Below are positions 10,253 to 20,419 of a stretch of 64,000 bases of DNA, piece by piece. Each line of letters starts with the position of its first letter. The stretch's first letter is position 1. This DNA is from Gemmatimonadales bacterium (GTDB lineage Bacteria > Gemmatimonadota > Gemmatimonadetes > Gemmatimonadales > Gemmatimonadaceae), in contig JBBSCJ010000017.1 in assembly GCA_038250435.1 (NCBI GenBank), positions 3,450 through 67,449 on the forward strand. Reading direction: 5' to 3'. Position numbers and translations under genes: made by a program. A model generated the notes under the pieces. It was given only the letters and a program-made list of their open reading frames with translations, ran no database searches and was not told the origin of the DNA.

Positions 10253-11247
10253 TCGAGCATGCGTTGCAGTGCCCGTTTCACGGCGGCGCGTACCGATGCC
10301 GGCGACAGGATCACGGCGTCAGGGCCGTAGTGCAGGACATGCCGAACGGCCCAGTCGGCATCTGCCAGTGGATACTCCACGAGCACGGCGCCGTCGGGCT
10401 GCACCGTGGCCGGCTCACGCTCGGCGATCCATCGCGCCACGGCGGCGCTGTACCGCACCGCCAGCATCTCACTGTGCGCCGCACTCCCGGAAAACACATG
10501 TCCCTGCTGCAGGACTGATTCCACCGAGAAGTTGGCCGGTACCTCGCACGGTTCGTCGGTGGTCACGGTGTGCACTACGCGGTCGAGACGAAACATGCGC
10601 AACGCGTGCGCCTGCTCGCAGAAACCCACCAGATACAGATTGGCGGCGGCGCGGACCATCGCGTACGGACGCACGCGTCGTGCGCCCGCCTCCGTGCCAT
10701 CGGCGCGCTGGTATGTCAGCTCCACGATACACGAGCGCTCGAGCGCCTGTTGCAGCCCGACAAACGATGCGAACGTGGCGTCCGGTGCGGCTTCCACCGC
10801 AAGTTCCGGGCTGTGCGCCGGCTGCGTATCGCCCGCTCCAGCGGTCTCGCGGCGACGTCGATCCACCACCGTTGCTGCGGTGGGCGCGGCCACGTCCTGC
10901 ATCTTGCGCCGCAGCGCGTATACGGGGGTACGCTCGTCGGCGGCCATCTCCTGCGAGAGCAGTCCGAGACCGAGATCGAGCGCTGCCATCTCCGGGCGAA
11001 TGAGCCGGATCGGCCGCTTGAAGTGCGCCGAACGCATGGAGACGTCGTTCGCGCCGATGTGCACGGCCACGGCGTCCACCCATCCGGCAGGTACGTCGTC
11101 GCGATCGAGTGCGGCAAAATCGCGCAGCAAGGTGCTCGTGTCGGTGTTCAGACGTTCAGCAAGCGCGTCGAGCGTGAGTTGCGGCTCGTCCGCCATCAGC
11201 GGAAATGCCTGCAGCAATCGCATCAACTGATCATCGGCGCGCGTCAT
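10249..11247 (-). CDS. HTH + WYL domain transcriptional regulator (PafC-like)
   Basis: Start moved to ATG 11247 (MTRADDQLMRLLQAF...), giving an ATGA overlap with the upstream paralogue. Central WYL-like region VELTYQRADGTEAGARRVRPYAMVRAAANLYLVGFC. Confidence 0.7.
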   Translation of the reverse strand: MTRADDQLMRLLQAFPLMADEPQLTLDALAERLNTDTSTLLRDFAALDRDDVPAGWVDAVAVHIGANDVSMRSAHFKRPIRLIRPEMAALDLGLGLLSQEMAADERTPVYALRRKMQDVAAPTAATVVDRRRRETAGAGDTQPAHSPELAVEAAPDATFASFVGLQQALERSCIVELTYQRADGTEAGARRVRPYAMVRAAANLYLVGFCEQAHALRMFRLDRVVHTVTTDEPCEVPANFSVESVLQQGHVFSGSAAHSEMLAVRYSAAVARWIAEREPATVQPDGAVLVEYPLADADWAVRHVLHYGPDAVILSPASVRAAVKRALQRMLE

Positions 11248-12353
11248 TCGTCCGTCGCAGCGGCGGAGGCGTCGGCGATGTGCTGCGCCCGCATCGTCGC
11301 GAGCACCAGCGTGCGCCACTCCTCGACCAACGGCGGTGGCGCTACCGGGCGCGCGTCGCCGGCGAAGGTGAGCAGCCACCGCAGAAACGGCTCACGCCGT
11401 CGCACGGCGAAGGTGCGATGCTCCGCATGATCCGGTGCGGACTCTCCGAGCCTGATTCCTTGCAGCACGTGCCCGGATTCACCGCGAAAGTGCACGGTGG
11501 CTCTGGTCACGTCGCCGTCCCCCAGCTCCCACGCCTGACGCGAGGCGGCATGGCGCTGCAGATCGAAATCCGCCGGGATCGCATAGTCGGCCTGCTGGCG
11601 TGCCGGCTGGGTGATCCTGACCGACCGGACGCGGCTCACGCGGAACTGCCGCAGGGCGTTGGCGTCCACGTCGCGGGCCACGAGGTACCAATGCCCCGTA
11701 ACAAACGCGAGCCCGTATGGCTCCACCGTACGCGGGCGTGTTTCATCGCGCTGCATGCTGCGGTACGTGAAGCCGACGCGCTTCCGTGCCGTCAGTGCCG
11801 CGCGCAGTAGCTCGAAGACTGCCGCATCAATGGCGGATTTCGTGGCAACGGCCGGTTCGGTGGCGGGAAACGGCCCGATATCGAATTCGAGCTTGCGCAG
11901 CGCCGACTGCGCGTCGGCGTCGAGCGCCGGATTCCCGAGGGCACGCGTTCGGCTTGCCGCACGTGTAAGGAGAAGACGTTCATCGGGGGTAATCGCGAGC
12001 ACCGGCAGGGCACCGTAACCAAGTCCCGTGGGCCGCGCGATCGCGCGCAACTCCACCGTCGTGGCGTACGCATGCTGGCTGAGCACGAGATACGGCAGAT
12101 AGAACGCGTCGGGCTTGAGCCGGTACAGCGCGTCGTCGCTGGTCTCGCCACTGATCGTGTCGATAGCGATGCCGAGGGCGCGCAGCTCCTGCTTGTCGCG
12201 CTCGAAGGCGCGCATGACGCTGGCCGGATTGGCTTCGCAGTCACGGTAGTCCGGTACGTCGCCGGCCAGCTCGGTGAAGGAGGCCGGAGAGCGGCGACGA
12301 AGGAGTGCGGCGATCAGATCGAGCCAGCGGGTGAGCTTCGCACGGGGAGCCAT
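11244..12353 (-). CDS. HTH + WYL domain transcriptional regulator (PafB-like)
   Basis: Start ATG 12353 (MAPRAKLTRWLDLIAALLRR...). WYL-like region VGFTYRSMQRDETRPRTVEPYGLAFVTGHWYLVARD. Paired with a second WYL gene, as in PafBC. Confidence 0.7.
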   Translation of the reverse strand: MAPRAKLTRWLDLIAALLRRRSPASFTELAGDVPDYRDCEANPASVMRAFERDKQELRALGIAIDTISGETSDDALYRLKPDAFYLPYLVLSQHAYATTVELRAIARPTGLGYGALPVLAITPDERLLLTRAASRTRALGNPALDADAQSALRKLEFDIGPFPATEPAVATKSAIDAAVFELLRAALTARKRVGFTYRSMQRDETRPRTVEPYGLAFVTGHWYLVARDVDANALRQFRVSRVRSVRITQPARQQADYAIPADFDLQRHAASRQAWELGDGDVTRATVHFRGESGHVLQGIRLGESAPDHAEHRTFAVRRREPFLRWLLTFAGDARPVAPPPLVEEWRTLVLATMRAQHIADASAAATDE

Positions 12354-12552
12354 GGCAATAAGGTAGCCGTCGGGGCTGACAGCGCTTGCCACGAGTCCGC
12401 GCGGGCGCACGTTCAGGCTGGGGCACCCCCGAGCAGAGCAACTCTCCATGATGCGTGCAGCGGGCTGCACCGATGCAGCGGTGGCGAGCTCCTCGATATC
12501 TCAGCACTGGCCGCGGCAGCGGCATATCGGCGCGGAGCCGACCGTATGTTCC

Positions 12553-12987
12553 TTAGTGCAGGGAATCCTGCAGGATGCCGAGCGCCGTCCCGTAGCGGGC
12601 AACGGGTGGGGTGACGGTCGCCTTCGCGCGCCGGCGCGGTGCCGGTAGCGTCGCGTGCAATGCCGATAGCACGGGCTCGGAGAACCCTTCGCGCCGCAGA
12701 TCCTCGATGGTGCAGTCGGACTCCACCAGCACGTTCTCGAGCAAGGCGATCAACCGGGATTCGGTATCTGGGAGCGAAAAGATCGCGGGATCGTCGCTCG
12801 GAAGCAGTTCGCGGCCGAATGAATTGCGGCGCGTGGCATGTGCCAGAGTCGCCAGTGCCAGTGCGTGCTCGAGCCCACCGGCATAGACTCCGAAATGGTG
12901 ACGCAGTGGAAGTTGCATGGCGGAAGCCCGGCTGAGGTGAACGGTGATCTGCCCGCGTTCCATTGCATCTTCGATGCCGTCGCCCAT
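12553..12987 (-). CDS. hypothetical protein
   Basis: 144-aa ORF on the same strand, between the upstream small ORF and the WYL pair. No motif recognised. Confidence 0.4.
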   Translation of the reverse strand: MGDGIEDAMERGQITVHLSRASAMQLPLRHHFGVYAGGLEHALALATLAHATRRNSFGRELLPSDDPAIFSLPDTESRLIALLENVLVESDCTIEDLRREGFSEPVLSALHATLPAPRRRAKATVTPPVARYGTALGILQDSLH

Positions 12988-13005
12988 CCGTTTCCCGGCG
13001 CGCGT

Positions 13006-13494
13006 TTACGTGAGTCCCAGCTCACCTGCCACGGCGCGCACGCCGGCCAGCTGAAGTCCGTCTTCCTCGAACACGATAACGCCCACCAGCGCCTGTGCGA
13101 CGTCGTCCGGCAACCGGTCCGCGCGAAAGACCTGAATGACCGGCCCGTCGGCCATCGCGTCGCCGAGTCGCGGCTGCGACCAGGCGGGATCGAGGGTAGG
13201 TTCGCTGTCAAAGCCGTGGGCAAGCACCTCTGGCAGCCGTGTCGCCGCCACGCCGCGATAGCGTACCGCCGGCGCGCCGGGCCCCATGCTTCGCTCGAAG
13301 AGCACCTGCCACGCCATTGGCCGCGCCCCCTGCACACGGGTGCCGCTTGCCACCACAATTCGTGGGTCGCGTGCAATGAGGTGCATCCGGGTGACCGCAT
13401 CCTGGAGATCGTCCAGAATGCGCGATTCCCGCGTCGATGGGGGCACACCCGCAGGGGCGGACCCGGACCCTGAATTTCCTGAAGCGTCGGCCAT
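13006..13494 (-). CDS. hypothetical protein
   Basis: ORF with ATG at 13494 preceded by GGAAAG. 18-nt gap to the next ORF. No motif recognised. The longer track ORF (to 13683) would overlap the divergent MFS gene. Confidence 0.4.
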   Translation of the reverse strand: MADASGNSGSGSAPAGVPPSTRESRILDDLQDAVTRMHLIARDPRIVVASGTRVQGARPMAWQVLFERSMGPGAPAVRYRGVAATRLPEVLAHGFDSEPTLDPAWSQPRLGDAMADGPVIQVFRADRLPDDVAQALVGVIVFEEDGLQLAGVRAVAGELGLT

Positions 13495-13542
13495 CCTGCA
13501 ATCTTTCCCCATGCCCGTCCTGCAGCCACCCTCCGCGCTCAC

Positions 13543-14742
13543 GTGATCACGCTCTTTCTTGTGGTATTTCTGGACCTGATCGGCTTCGGGATGATCATCC
13601 CGGTGTTTCCGTTCTATGCCGAAAAAGTGGGCGTGGCGCCGTCGTCGGTGATCTTCTTTCTGGGGTTGTACTCGCTCGGGCAATTGGTGGGCGCACCGTT
13701 GTGGGGTAGCCTCTCCGACCGCATCGGACGACGCCCGGTACTGCTGATGACACTGCTCGCGAACGCGGGCGCCTCGTTCATGCTCGCCTTCAGCACCACC
13801 GGAACATTGCTGGCGGTCTCGCGCATCGTGGCGGGGCTCGCCGCCGGCAACATCTCCACGGCGTACGCGTACAGCACCGACATCACCGACGACCGGACGC
13901 GGCCGCGCGCCCTCGGCCTGCTCGGCTCCGCGTTCGGCCTCGGTTTCGTGCTTGGACCGGCACTCGGCGGACTGCTCGCCGGCACGAACGAAGACGACGG
14001 CTCGGCGTTCGCGCGCGTCGCCTACGGTGCCGCCGTGCTATCGCTCGTGGCATTCGTGCTGACGTATTTCCGGCTCCCCGAATCGCTCCCCCCCGACCAG
14101 CGCGCTTCGCGAGCCACGAAGCGCGCGGGGCTGGGCACGTACTTCACGCGCCCGGTCCTTTGCGGCCTGCTGCTGGCCACGATCATCGTGATCGCGGCCG
14201 TGGCGTTGCTGCAAAGCACGCTCGCCCTGTGGGCCGCCGAACGACTGGGGGTCGGTCCGCGCACGCTGGGGTGGATCTACGGATTTGTAGGAGTGATTTC
14301 CGTCGCCGTGCAGGTGGGAATCATCGGAAAGCTCACCGCGCGCTTCGGAGCGCAACGCCTCACCAGCGCCGGTGCCGTGTGTATCGGTGTCGGCATGGCA
14401 TTCATTCCACCCACCAACTCGATTCCGTGGCTGCTCGCGGCCCTCGCCGTTTTCGGCATCGGCACGGCGCTGTTCAATCCGAGCATGAGTGGACTGGTAG
14501 CGGGCGTAGCCGCTCCGCATGAGCGCGGCGCGGTACTCGGCGCGTATCAGAGTGCGGCGTCGCTGGGCCGTGTGCTCGGCCCTTTCGCGGCCAGCGGCAT
14601 CGCGCGCATGACGTCGCTGTCGTGGCCCTTCGTGGCCGGCGCGGTGGTGTCCGTGATTGGCGTGGTGCTCATTCACACGCGTCCGCGTGGGCAGGCGCCG
14701 GCCGGTGACGCTCTCGAGAAAAACCCCACCTCCGACGCGTAG
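13543..14742 (+). CDS. MFS transporter (drug/H+ antiporter, Tet-like)
   Basis: About 12 hydrophobic segments. MFS motif A-like GSLSDRIGRRPVLL. Confidence 0.85.
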   Translation: MITLFLVVFLDLIGFGMIIPVFPFYAEKVGVAPSSVIFFLGLYSLGQLVGAPLWGSLSDRIGRRPVLLMTLLANAGASFMLAFSTTGTLLAVSRIVAGLAAGNISTAYAYSTDITDDRTRPRALGLLGSAFGLGFVLGPALGGLLAGTNEDDGSAFARVAYGAAVLSLVAFVLTYFRLPESLPPDQRASRATKRAGLGTYFTRPVLCGLLLATIIVIAAVALLQSTLALWAAERLGVGPRTLGWIYGFVGVISVAVQVGIIGKLTARFGAQRLTSAGAVCIGVGMAFIPPTNSIPWLLAALAVFGIGTALFNPSMSGLVAGVAAPHERGAVLGAYQSAASLGRVLGPFAASGIARMTSLSWPFVAGAVVSVIGVVLIHTRPRGQAPAGDALEKNPTSDA

Positions 14743-14747
14743 CCGCA

Positions 14748-14788
14748 GCGCGAGCGATGCGAACGACGCCCGCCCGCATCGCTCGCGC
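14748..14788 (+). terminator. perfect 14-bp stem / 13-nt loop hairpin 6 nt after the MFS stop
   Basis: GCGCGAGCGATGCG (14748-14761) pairs with CGCATCGCTCGCGC (14775-14788). Lies between convergent genes. No obvious U-tract. Confidence 0.5.
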
Positions 14789-14946
14789 ACGGGCAGGCAC
14801 GCGTGGCGACGCCTGCGCGACGAAAGCCCGAAGCGCTGAAAAGGTTGGCGGCTGGGAAGTGGCATCCCCCGCACTTCCGCGCCCGCTATGTGGGCGGCCG
14901 AACACTCGCTCGCCGTGAGCAGAACCCGAAGCGGCCGTCCAGCCGG

Positions 14947-16392
14947 CTAACGCTCAAGGCCGCCCACCACTCGCTTCACCAGCGCACCGCGCGGCAACGA
15001 CGTTTCCGCGCTCATGGCGTTGATGACGTACACCTGCTCGGCGGGGATGCTGCTGGGATACCGCTGCACAAACTGCTGTCCCGACATCGCGGCGGGGAGT
15101 GTGACCGTTTCCACTCGCGCCGGTTGCACAGTGAGGGCGGCCGCTTCGGTGAGCGGACGGAACGAGCGAATGCTCCGCTCCACTTCCGCGCTCCGCTGCG
15201 CTGCCACCTGTGGTACCATGATTCCCACCAACAGGTACGTGGTGTTCCGATACGACAGCGATGCCGCCAGTCCACTCAGCGTGCCCTGTTCCGCCTGCGC
15301 CTGGAAGGTGGCGATCACTGCCGGGATGCCGTTGATGCTGGTCTGGCCGCTCTGCCCCGCCGTGATCCCTTGCTGGCCCAGAAACCCCTGGAGCGCCTGC
15401 GACGCCGTTCCCTGACCAGGAAGCAGCTGCAGCTGTGCACCGTTGTCCGGACTCGCCGCGACGACCGCGTCGGGCATGTTCTGCGCCTTCCACCCGATTG
15501 GAAAGTCAAACTGAAAGCGCAAGTCGGGATGCAGGAAGCTCGTACCGCGAAAGAACCCCAGACGCGGATTCTCCCCGAATACCAAGCCGTCGAGCATCCG
15601 CAGATAACTTTCACGGTTTACGCGCGTTTCGGCGAGCGCTCCGCGCGGCAGCTGCGCCACGCGCTGCTCTGCGAGCTGCACACGGTTGCCCGGATCAGGG
15701 TGTGTGCTCTGCCACTCCGGAAGGCGCCCGGCGTCGCCGGCGAGACGACCGAGCGTCTGAAAGACCTTGGGAGCCTCCCGCACGTCGTAGCCCTGCGCGA
15801 GCGAATACTGAAAGCCCAGCGCGTCTGCCTGCAGCTCGTCTTCGCGCCCGAACTTGAGGAAGAGGAGCGAGGCGCCGGCGCCAAGCACGTCGCCGTAGCG
15901 CGCGACCGTGGGCGAAAAGATGCTCGCGCCCACAAGCCCGATCTGCGTCACCTGCTGCTTGCTGATCGCCGCCACCGTGTGCTTCGCCGTCACATGGCCG
16001 ATCTCGTGGCCGATGACTTCCGCGAGTTCCGCTTCGCTGTTCAGATGCGTCATCAATCCGCGCGTCACGAAAATGAAGCCGCCGGGATACGCAAACGCAT
16101 TGACAGCCGCGTCGTCGAGCGCGTGAAACTCCCACGGCAACCCTGGACGCTCCGACTTGGCCGCCATTTGCGCGCCGATGCGACGCACGAGCGCCTGCGC
16201 TTCGGGATTCTGCAGCGCACCTACGCGCTGCAGATCGCCCTGCGACGCCTGGCGTCCCATCTGGATCTCCTGCGCTTCGGAGACGAGCGACAGCTCGCGT
16301 CGCCCCGTCACCGGGTTGGTGGCGCATGCGACCATCGACGCCAGCATGCCGCCAAGCAGCGCGCCGCGTCGCATTCCCTGTATACCTGTCAT
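14947..16392 (-). CDS. M48-family zinc metalloprotease lipoprotein
   Basis: HEXXH as IGHEIGHVTAKH. Lipobox-like MLASMVAC. ATG 16392 preceded by AGGAAA. Confidence 0.85.
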   Translation of the reverse strand: MTGIQGMRRGALLGGMLASMVACATNPVTGRRELSLVSEAQEIQMGRQASQGDLQRVGALQNPEAQALVRRIGAQMAAKSERPGLPWEFHALDDAAVNAFAYPGGFIFVTRGLMTHLNSEAELAEVIGHEIGHVTAKHTVAAISKQQVTQIGLVGASIFSPTVARYGDVLGAGASLLFLKFGREDELQADALGFQYSLAQGYDVREAPKVFQTLGRLAGDAGRLPEWQSTHPDPGNRVQLAEQRVAQLPRGALAETRVNRESYLRMLDGLVFGENPRLGFFRGTSFLHPDLRFQFDFPIGWKAQNMPDAVVAASPDNGAQLQLLPGQGTASQALQGFLGQQGITAGQSGQTSINGIPAVIATFQAQAEQGTLSGLAASLSYRNTTYLLVGIMVPQVAAQRSAEVERSIRSFRPLTEAAALTVQPARVETVTLPAAMSGQQFVQRYPSSIPAEQVYVINAMSAETSLPRGALVKRVVGGLER

Positions 16393-16532
16393 CGCTTTTC
16401 CTGGAGAACGTGAGAGCGGTTCCCGCCAGCAACGATTCACAGGCGCAATCCACGTGCCCTGACGTTACGCATGAGCGAGTCCGCTTTAAGCTTCGTGAAG
16501 CGGCCTCTTCCCTTTCCGTCGCTCCCGCTACG

Positions 16533-17198
16533 TCACGCTCTGCTTGATGTCGCAACAAGCGTTGTCAGCATCGTGCGCACGACGTCGATCTCGTCGTCAT
16601 TCACCAGATGCCCCATCCCCGGATATAGCCGCAGCGTGACGTCGCCGCCGAGCGCGCGCAGCACGTCGGCACTTTCGCGCACGCGTGGAGCCGGGATGTG
16701 CCCGTCGATGTCGCTGCACCCGAGAAATGCCGGCATACCATCCAGCGACCCGGCATACGCGCGCGGCGTTCCCTCCGGGCCGATCAGTCCACCACTCAGG
16801 CACGCCAGGCCACCGTACCGGCGCGCGTGCCGCGCGACGAACTCGGTAACCAGGCAGGCTCCCTGTGAAAAACCGAGCAACAGCACACGCTCGGCCGGCA
16901 TGCCAGCCGCAGCAACGTCGTCGAGCAGACGCGCGACAGCCTGCATCGCGGAACTGACCCCCGGTTCGTTCTGGGCGATCGGGGCCATGAATCCATAAGG
17001 ATACCACTGGCCGTTGTCGGCCTGCGGCGCGAGGTATGCCACATCCGGCACGTCGAGCGCCGGCGCCAGCGTAAGAATGGACTGCGCCGATGCACCGCGT
17101 CCGTGCACCATGATCATTACCGCGTGCGCTCGATCGAGTGCGACGCCCGCACGCACGACCGGCTGATCGCCGTGCGGGTCACCCGACGTGTTTCGCAT
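16533..17198 (-). CDS. alpha/beta hydrolase (phospholipase/carboxylesterase family)
   Basis: Nucleophile elbow GFSQGA, plus VMIMVHGRGAS and a C-terminal GMGH motif. Start ATG 17198 avoids overlap with the upstream lipoprotein gene. Confidence 0.75.
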   Translation of the reverse strand: MRNTSGDPHGDQPVVRAGVALDRAHAVMIMVHGRGASAQSILTLAPALDVPDVAYLAPQADNGQWYPYGFMAPIAQNEPGVSSAMQAVARLLDDVAAAGMPAERVLLLGFSQGACLVTEFVARHARRYGGLACLSGGLIGPEGTPRAYAGSLDGMPAFLGCSDIDGHIPAPRVRESADVLRALGGDVTLRLYPGMGHLVNDDEIDVVRTMLTTLVATSSRA

Positions 17199-17218
17199 CC
17201 GACTGTTACCGGCGTCGC

Positions 17219-17836
17219 TCAGGCAGGGTTCGCCACGTTGAAACCGAAGGTCAGGTCGATGTCCGTCTCTGCGGTGCACGACGTGAACGAGGCAAGCTTC
17301 GGCACGTTGTCATAGTGACACAGCACCACCCGCAGCGTGCCGGCACCCACCGTGGCGCTCCCCGAGACGGCCTGCGAAAAGAGCGTGCCGAGCGGCCGAT
17401 TTTGAGGATCCACGTCGGTGGTGGTCACCGTGACGCCATTGCTGCTCGCCGTGAAAAAGACCCGATGCTCGTTGGCCTCGGCGCGGACTTCTGCGGTAAT
17501 GTCTTCGATCGGCGTACGGAGTCGGTTTTCAAACGCGACGCTACCTGTATAGGTTACGCCGCGCAGCAACGAAAGCGTGCCGACCTGCGCGGACGGCGCC
17601 TGCGGGCCGTTGCCATCCGGATCGTCGATGAAGGTCGTAAGGGGCGTTCCACCGCCGACTGGCGTGAGGGTAAGCGTCACACGCGACACCAGCTCCAATT
17701 CACCGCCGGGAGCCACGGTCGAATCGCCGCACGCGGCGAGCATGGACAGAACGGCCGCGCCCAGCAGCGTCGCACCCCGCGTGCGCGTGGTGGCCGAACG
17801 GGCTGAGGGGATGCGGGTTGTGGCTATCAAAGACAT
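17219..17836 (-). CDS. hypothetical lipoprotein downstream of a TonB-dependent receptor
   Basis: Lipobox MLAACG. ATG 17836 preceded by GGAG. Confidence 0.55.
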   Translation of the reverse strand: MSLIATTRIPSARSATTRTRGATLLGAAVLSMLAACGDSTVAPGGELELVSRVTLTLTPVGGGTPLTTFIDDPDGNGPQAPSAQVGTLSLLRGVTYTGSVAFENRLRTPIEDITAEVRAEANEHRVFFTASSNGVTVTTTDVDPQNRPLGTLFSQAVSGSATVGAGTLRVVLCHYDNVPKLASFTSCTAETDIDLTFGFNVANPA

Positions 17837-17941
17837 CAGGAACTCCATGGGTTTGGGGGGAAGGGTGAGGCACGTGGCATCCCCTGGTTGCGCCACGTGA
17901 CCGGACTGCGCAAAGCAGTGGCCTGCTGCCGTTCTGTTGCG

Positions 17942-20383
17942 TTAAAAGGGCGCGGTGAACCGCAGCACGACGTCGCGGCCGACATCGTCCACAAACAGCC
18001 GATAGCGGCTCAGGTAATCGCGATAGCGCGTATTGAGCACGTTGTTCACCGACAGCGAGATGTCGAGGGTCCGACCCGCCAGACGAAACGCGCGAGTGCC
18101 GGCATCGAGATTCAGCAGCGCATATCCCGCCGTGGGGAGGGTGAAGATGGTGCCATCCGGGACGCCGTCCTGCTTCCGTACGAGCGTCGTGCCGATCCCC
18201 GCAAACCATGAACCGAGGATTTCGCGTGAGCCGGTGGTACGCACGGACAGCAGGGCGCGATCAGCGGGCATGTCGAAGAGCGCGTCCGCGCGCACGAGAT
18301 CGGTGCCCCGCACGGCGGTGCCGCTGGCCTGGATTTCCACGCGCTGATGCGGAGTCCACACTGACGATAGCTCGACACCGCGCAGACGCGCGCGCGTTTG
18401 CGCATAGCGAAACCCCGGAAACGCACCGCGAATCGTTTGTACGGGTGCCGTCGGCTCGAGAAAGATGAAGTTCGACAGCCGATTGTCGTACGCCGCCGCT
18501 TCAAGCGTGAATCGCGTACGCCGGTAGCGCAGCGACGTCTCGAATCCCTGCGAGCGCTCCTCATCCAGTCTCGCGTCACCGAGTTCGAACTGAGCACTGC
18601 CGGCATGCACACCCTGCGCAAATCGCTCGTTTACCGTTGGCGGACGCCAGGCGCGCGCAAAACGCACTGAAACATCGAGCCCGTCGGCGAGCAGATACGC
18701 CACCCCCAGCGATCCGCTCATGTCGCGCCAGGCGCGGGTGCCGGCTTCGCTGCGGATTCCCTGATCGTCGAAGGCGATCGTGGTTTGCGAAATCAGGTCA
18801 CCGCGCGCCCCTGCGGTGATCGACCAACGCCCGGCCGACAGCTCCTCCTGCGCATACACCGCCCCCTGCCACAGGTCATAGCCCGGAATCAGGAAGGCCT
18901 TCCCCAGCGTCTGATTCCCCTGGGCAATCCCACTGATGCCCACGGTGCCGCGCAGGTTGTTCCAACGCGCGTGCGTGTAACGCACATCCAGGGAGTTGGT
19001 GAACAGCTTGAGGTTGAACGCCGCCTCGTCTCGAAAGCGCAACGGCCCGTTGTTGTCGAATTCACGGCGATGATTGAACTGGAGTCCGTACACGACTTCG
19101 AGTTCACCGTCGCGCGGCAGGTCCAGCAGCGTGCGTACGCGAAGCGTCGTGTGCTCCACGCGCTGACTCGGCCTCCCGATGCCAAACGTGAACCCCGAGT
19201 CACGCGGGGCCGATGTCATCGCGCGCTCGAGATCTTCGACGTTCCCGACGTGCGCCTGCTGCAACACGCCGAGCTCAGCGGCGAAACGACTCAGCAACAG
19301 CTCCGTGCTCCCCCATCCTCGCGACGTCCCCAGAGCAAGACTGCCATTGAGCTCACGAAAGCCCGTGTTGTCCAGGAAGTAGTCGGGGGCCGCCGCATTG
19401 CCGGCTACGCGGGTAGTGAGGCGGAGGCGGTAGCCCGTCTTGCCTAGGAGTGGCAGCGGTAGCGCCGAGCCCTGCACGCCGATCGACAGGGCACCCTGCC
19501 GGCTGTTGCTGAATGTGTTGAGGGCGAGATCGCCGTGGACGCCGCCCGTGTCGGGCACCGCCTCGCGATCCACGCGCACCACCCCACCCAGCGCGTCTGC
19601 GCCGTACAATACCGTACCGGCGCCACGCACCACCGTCACGGAGCTCGCGTCGAAGCTGTCGATGTTGGGGGCGTGCTCCGTCCCCCATTGCTGGGATTCC
19701 TGCTTCACGCCCGCATTCAGCACCAGCACACGCTGCGAATTGAGCCCGCGAATCACCGGCTTGGCGATGCTGGGACCGAACTGCACCACCGTCACGCCGG
19801 GGAGATTCTTGATCGTCTCGCCGAGTGTCTGGCCGCGCGTGCTGGCCAGCGCCGCCCGGTCGAGCGTGTTCGTCGCCACGACGCGACCCAGCCGCTCAGC
19901 GAGCGTATCGGCGCGGATCGTCAGCTCCTCGAGGACCGTCGTGGCGGTCATGAGGTGCAGGGTGATGAGCCGGTCGCCGGCCGTCAGGTCGATCAGGCGT
20001 TCGATCGGCATGTATCCCAAGGCGCGCGCGCGCAGTCGGATCACGCCAGCCGGCAGATCGCGGAAATCAAACCGGCCATTCCGGTCACTCCGCAGACGAA
20101 CCGGCGCACTCGACAACTTTCCGCTCGCTCCGATCGGCGAGACCGGCTGCACCGTGATCTCCGCCCCGTTCAGCGGCTGTCCGGTAACGGAGTCCTCAAC
20201 GACCCCGTGCACGTGACGCACGTTGCCGTGCGACGTCTCAGGGCCGCTCTGTGCCTCGAGCGCCCGCGTGGCCGGCACGACCGCACCCGCCGCGAGGAGC
20301 AGAAGAGTTAAGTACCAGGCAAAAGCAGCTCGTTGTTGAGTGGGCGATATCATTACCAGTAACGCTAACAGTGCCACCTGCAA
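17942..20383 (-). CDS. TonB-dependent receptor with carboxypeptidase-regulatory-like N-domain
   Basis: N-terminal CarbopepD_reg-like segment (VEDSVTGQPLNGAEITV), plug region (TLGETIKNLPGVTVV), long beta-barrel, C-terminal ...VLRFTAPF. Confidence 0.9.
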   Translation of the reverse strand: MQVALLALLVMISPTQQRAAFAWYLTLLLLAAGAVVPATRALEAQSGPETSHGNVRHVHGVVEDSVTGQPLNGAEITVQPVSPIGASGKLSSAPVRLRSDRNGRFDFRDLPAGVIRLRARALGYMPIERLIDLTAGDRLITLHLMTATTVLEELTIRADTLAERLGRVVATNTLDRAALASTRGQTLGETIKNLPGVTVVQFGPSIAKPVIRGLNSQRVLVLNAGVKQESQQWGTEHAPNIDSFDASSVTVVRGAGTVLYGADALGGVVRVDREAVPDTGGVHGDLALNTFSNSRQGALSIGVQGSALPLPLLGKTGYRLRLTTRVAGNAAAPDYFLDNTGFRELNGSLALGTSRGWGSTELLLSRFAAELGVLQQAHVGNVEDLERAMTSAPRDSGFTFGIGRPSQRVEHTTLRVRTLLDLPRDGELEVVYGLQFNHRREFDNNGPLRFRDEAAFNLKLFTNSLDVRYTHARWNNLRGTVGISGIAQGNQTLGKAFLIPGYDLWQGAVYAQEELSAGRWSITAGARGDLISQTTIAFDDQGIRSEAGTRAWRDMSGSLGVAYLLADGLDVSVRFARAWRPPTVNERFAQGVHAGSAQFELGDARLDEERSQGFETSLRYRRTRFTLEAAAYDNRLSNFIFLEPTAPVQTIRGAFPGFRYAQTRARLRGVELSSVWTPHQRVEIQASGTAVRGTDLVRADALFDMPADRALLSVRTTGSREILGSWFAGIGTTLVRKQDGVPDGTIFTLPTAGYALLNLDAGTRAFRLAGRTLDISLSVNNVLNTRYRDYLSRYRLFVDDVGRDVVLRFTAPF

Positions 20384-20419
20384 GGGAAAAGCCCCGTCCG
20401 GCGCTTTCTTTCCCCGACC

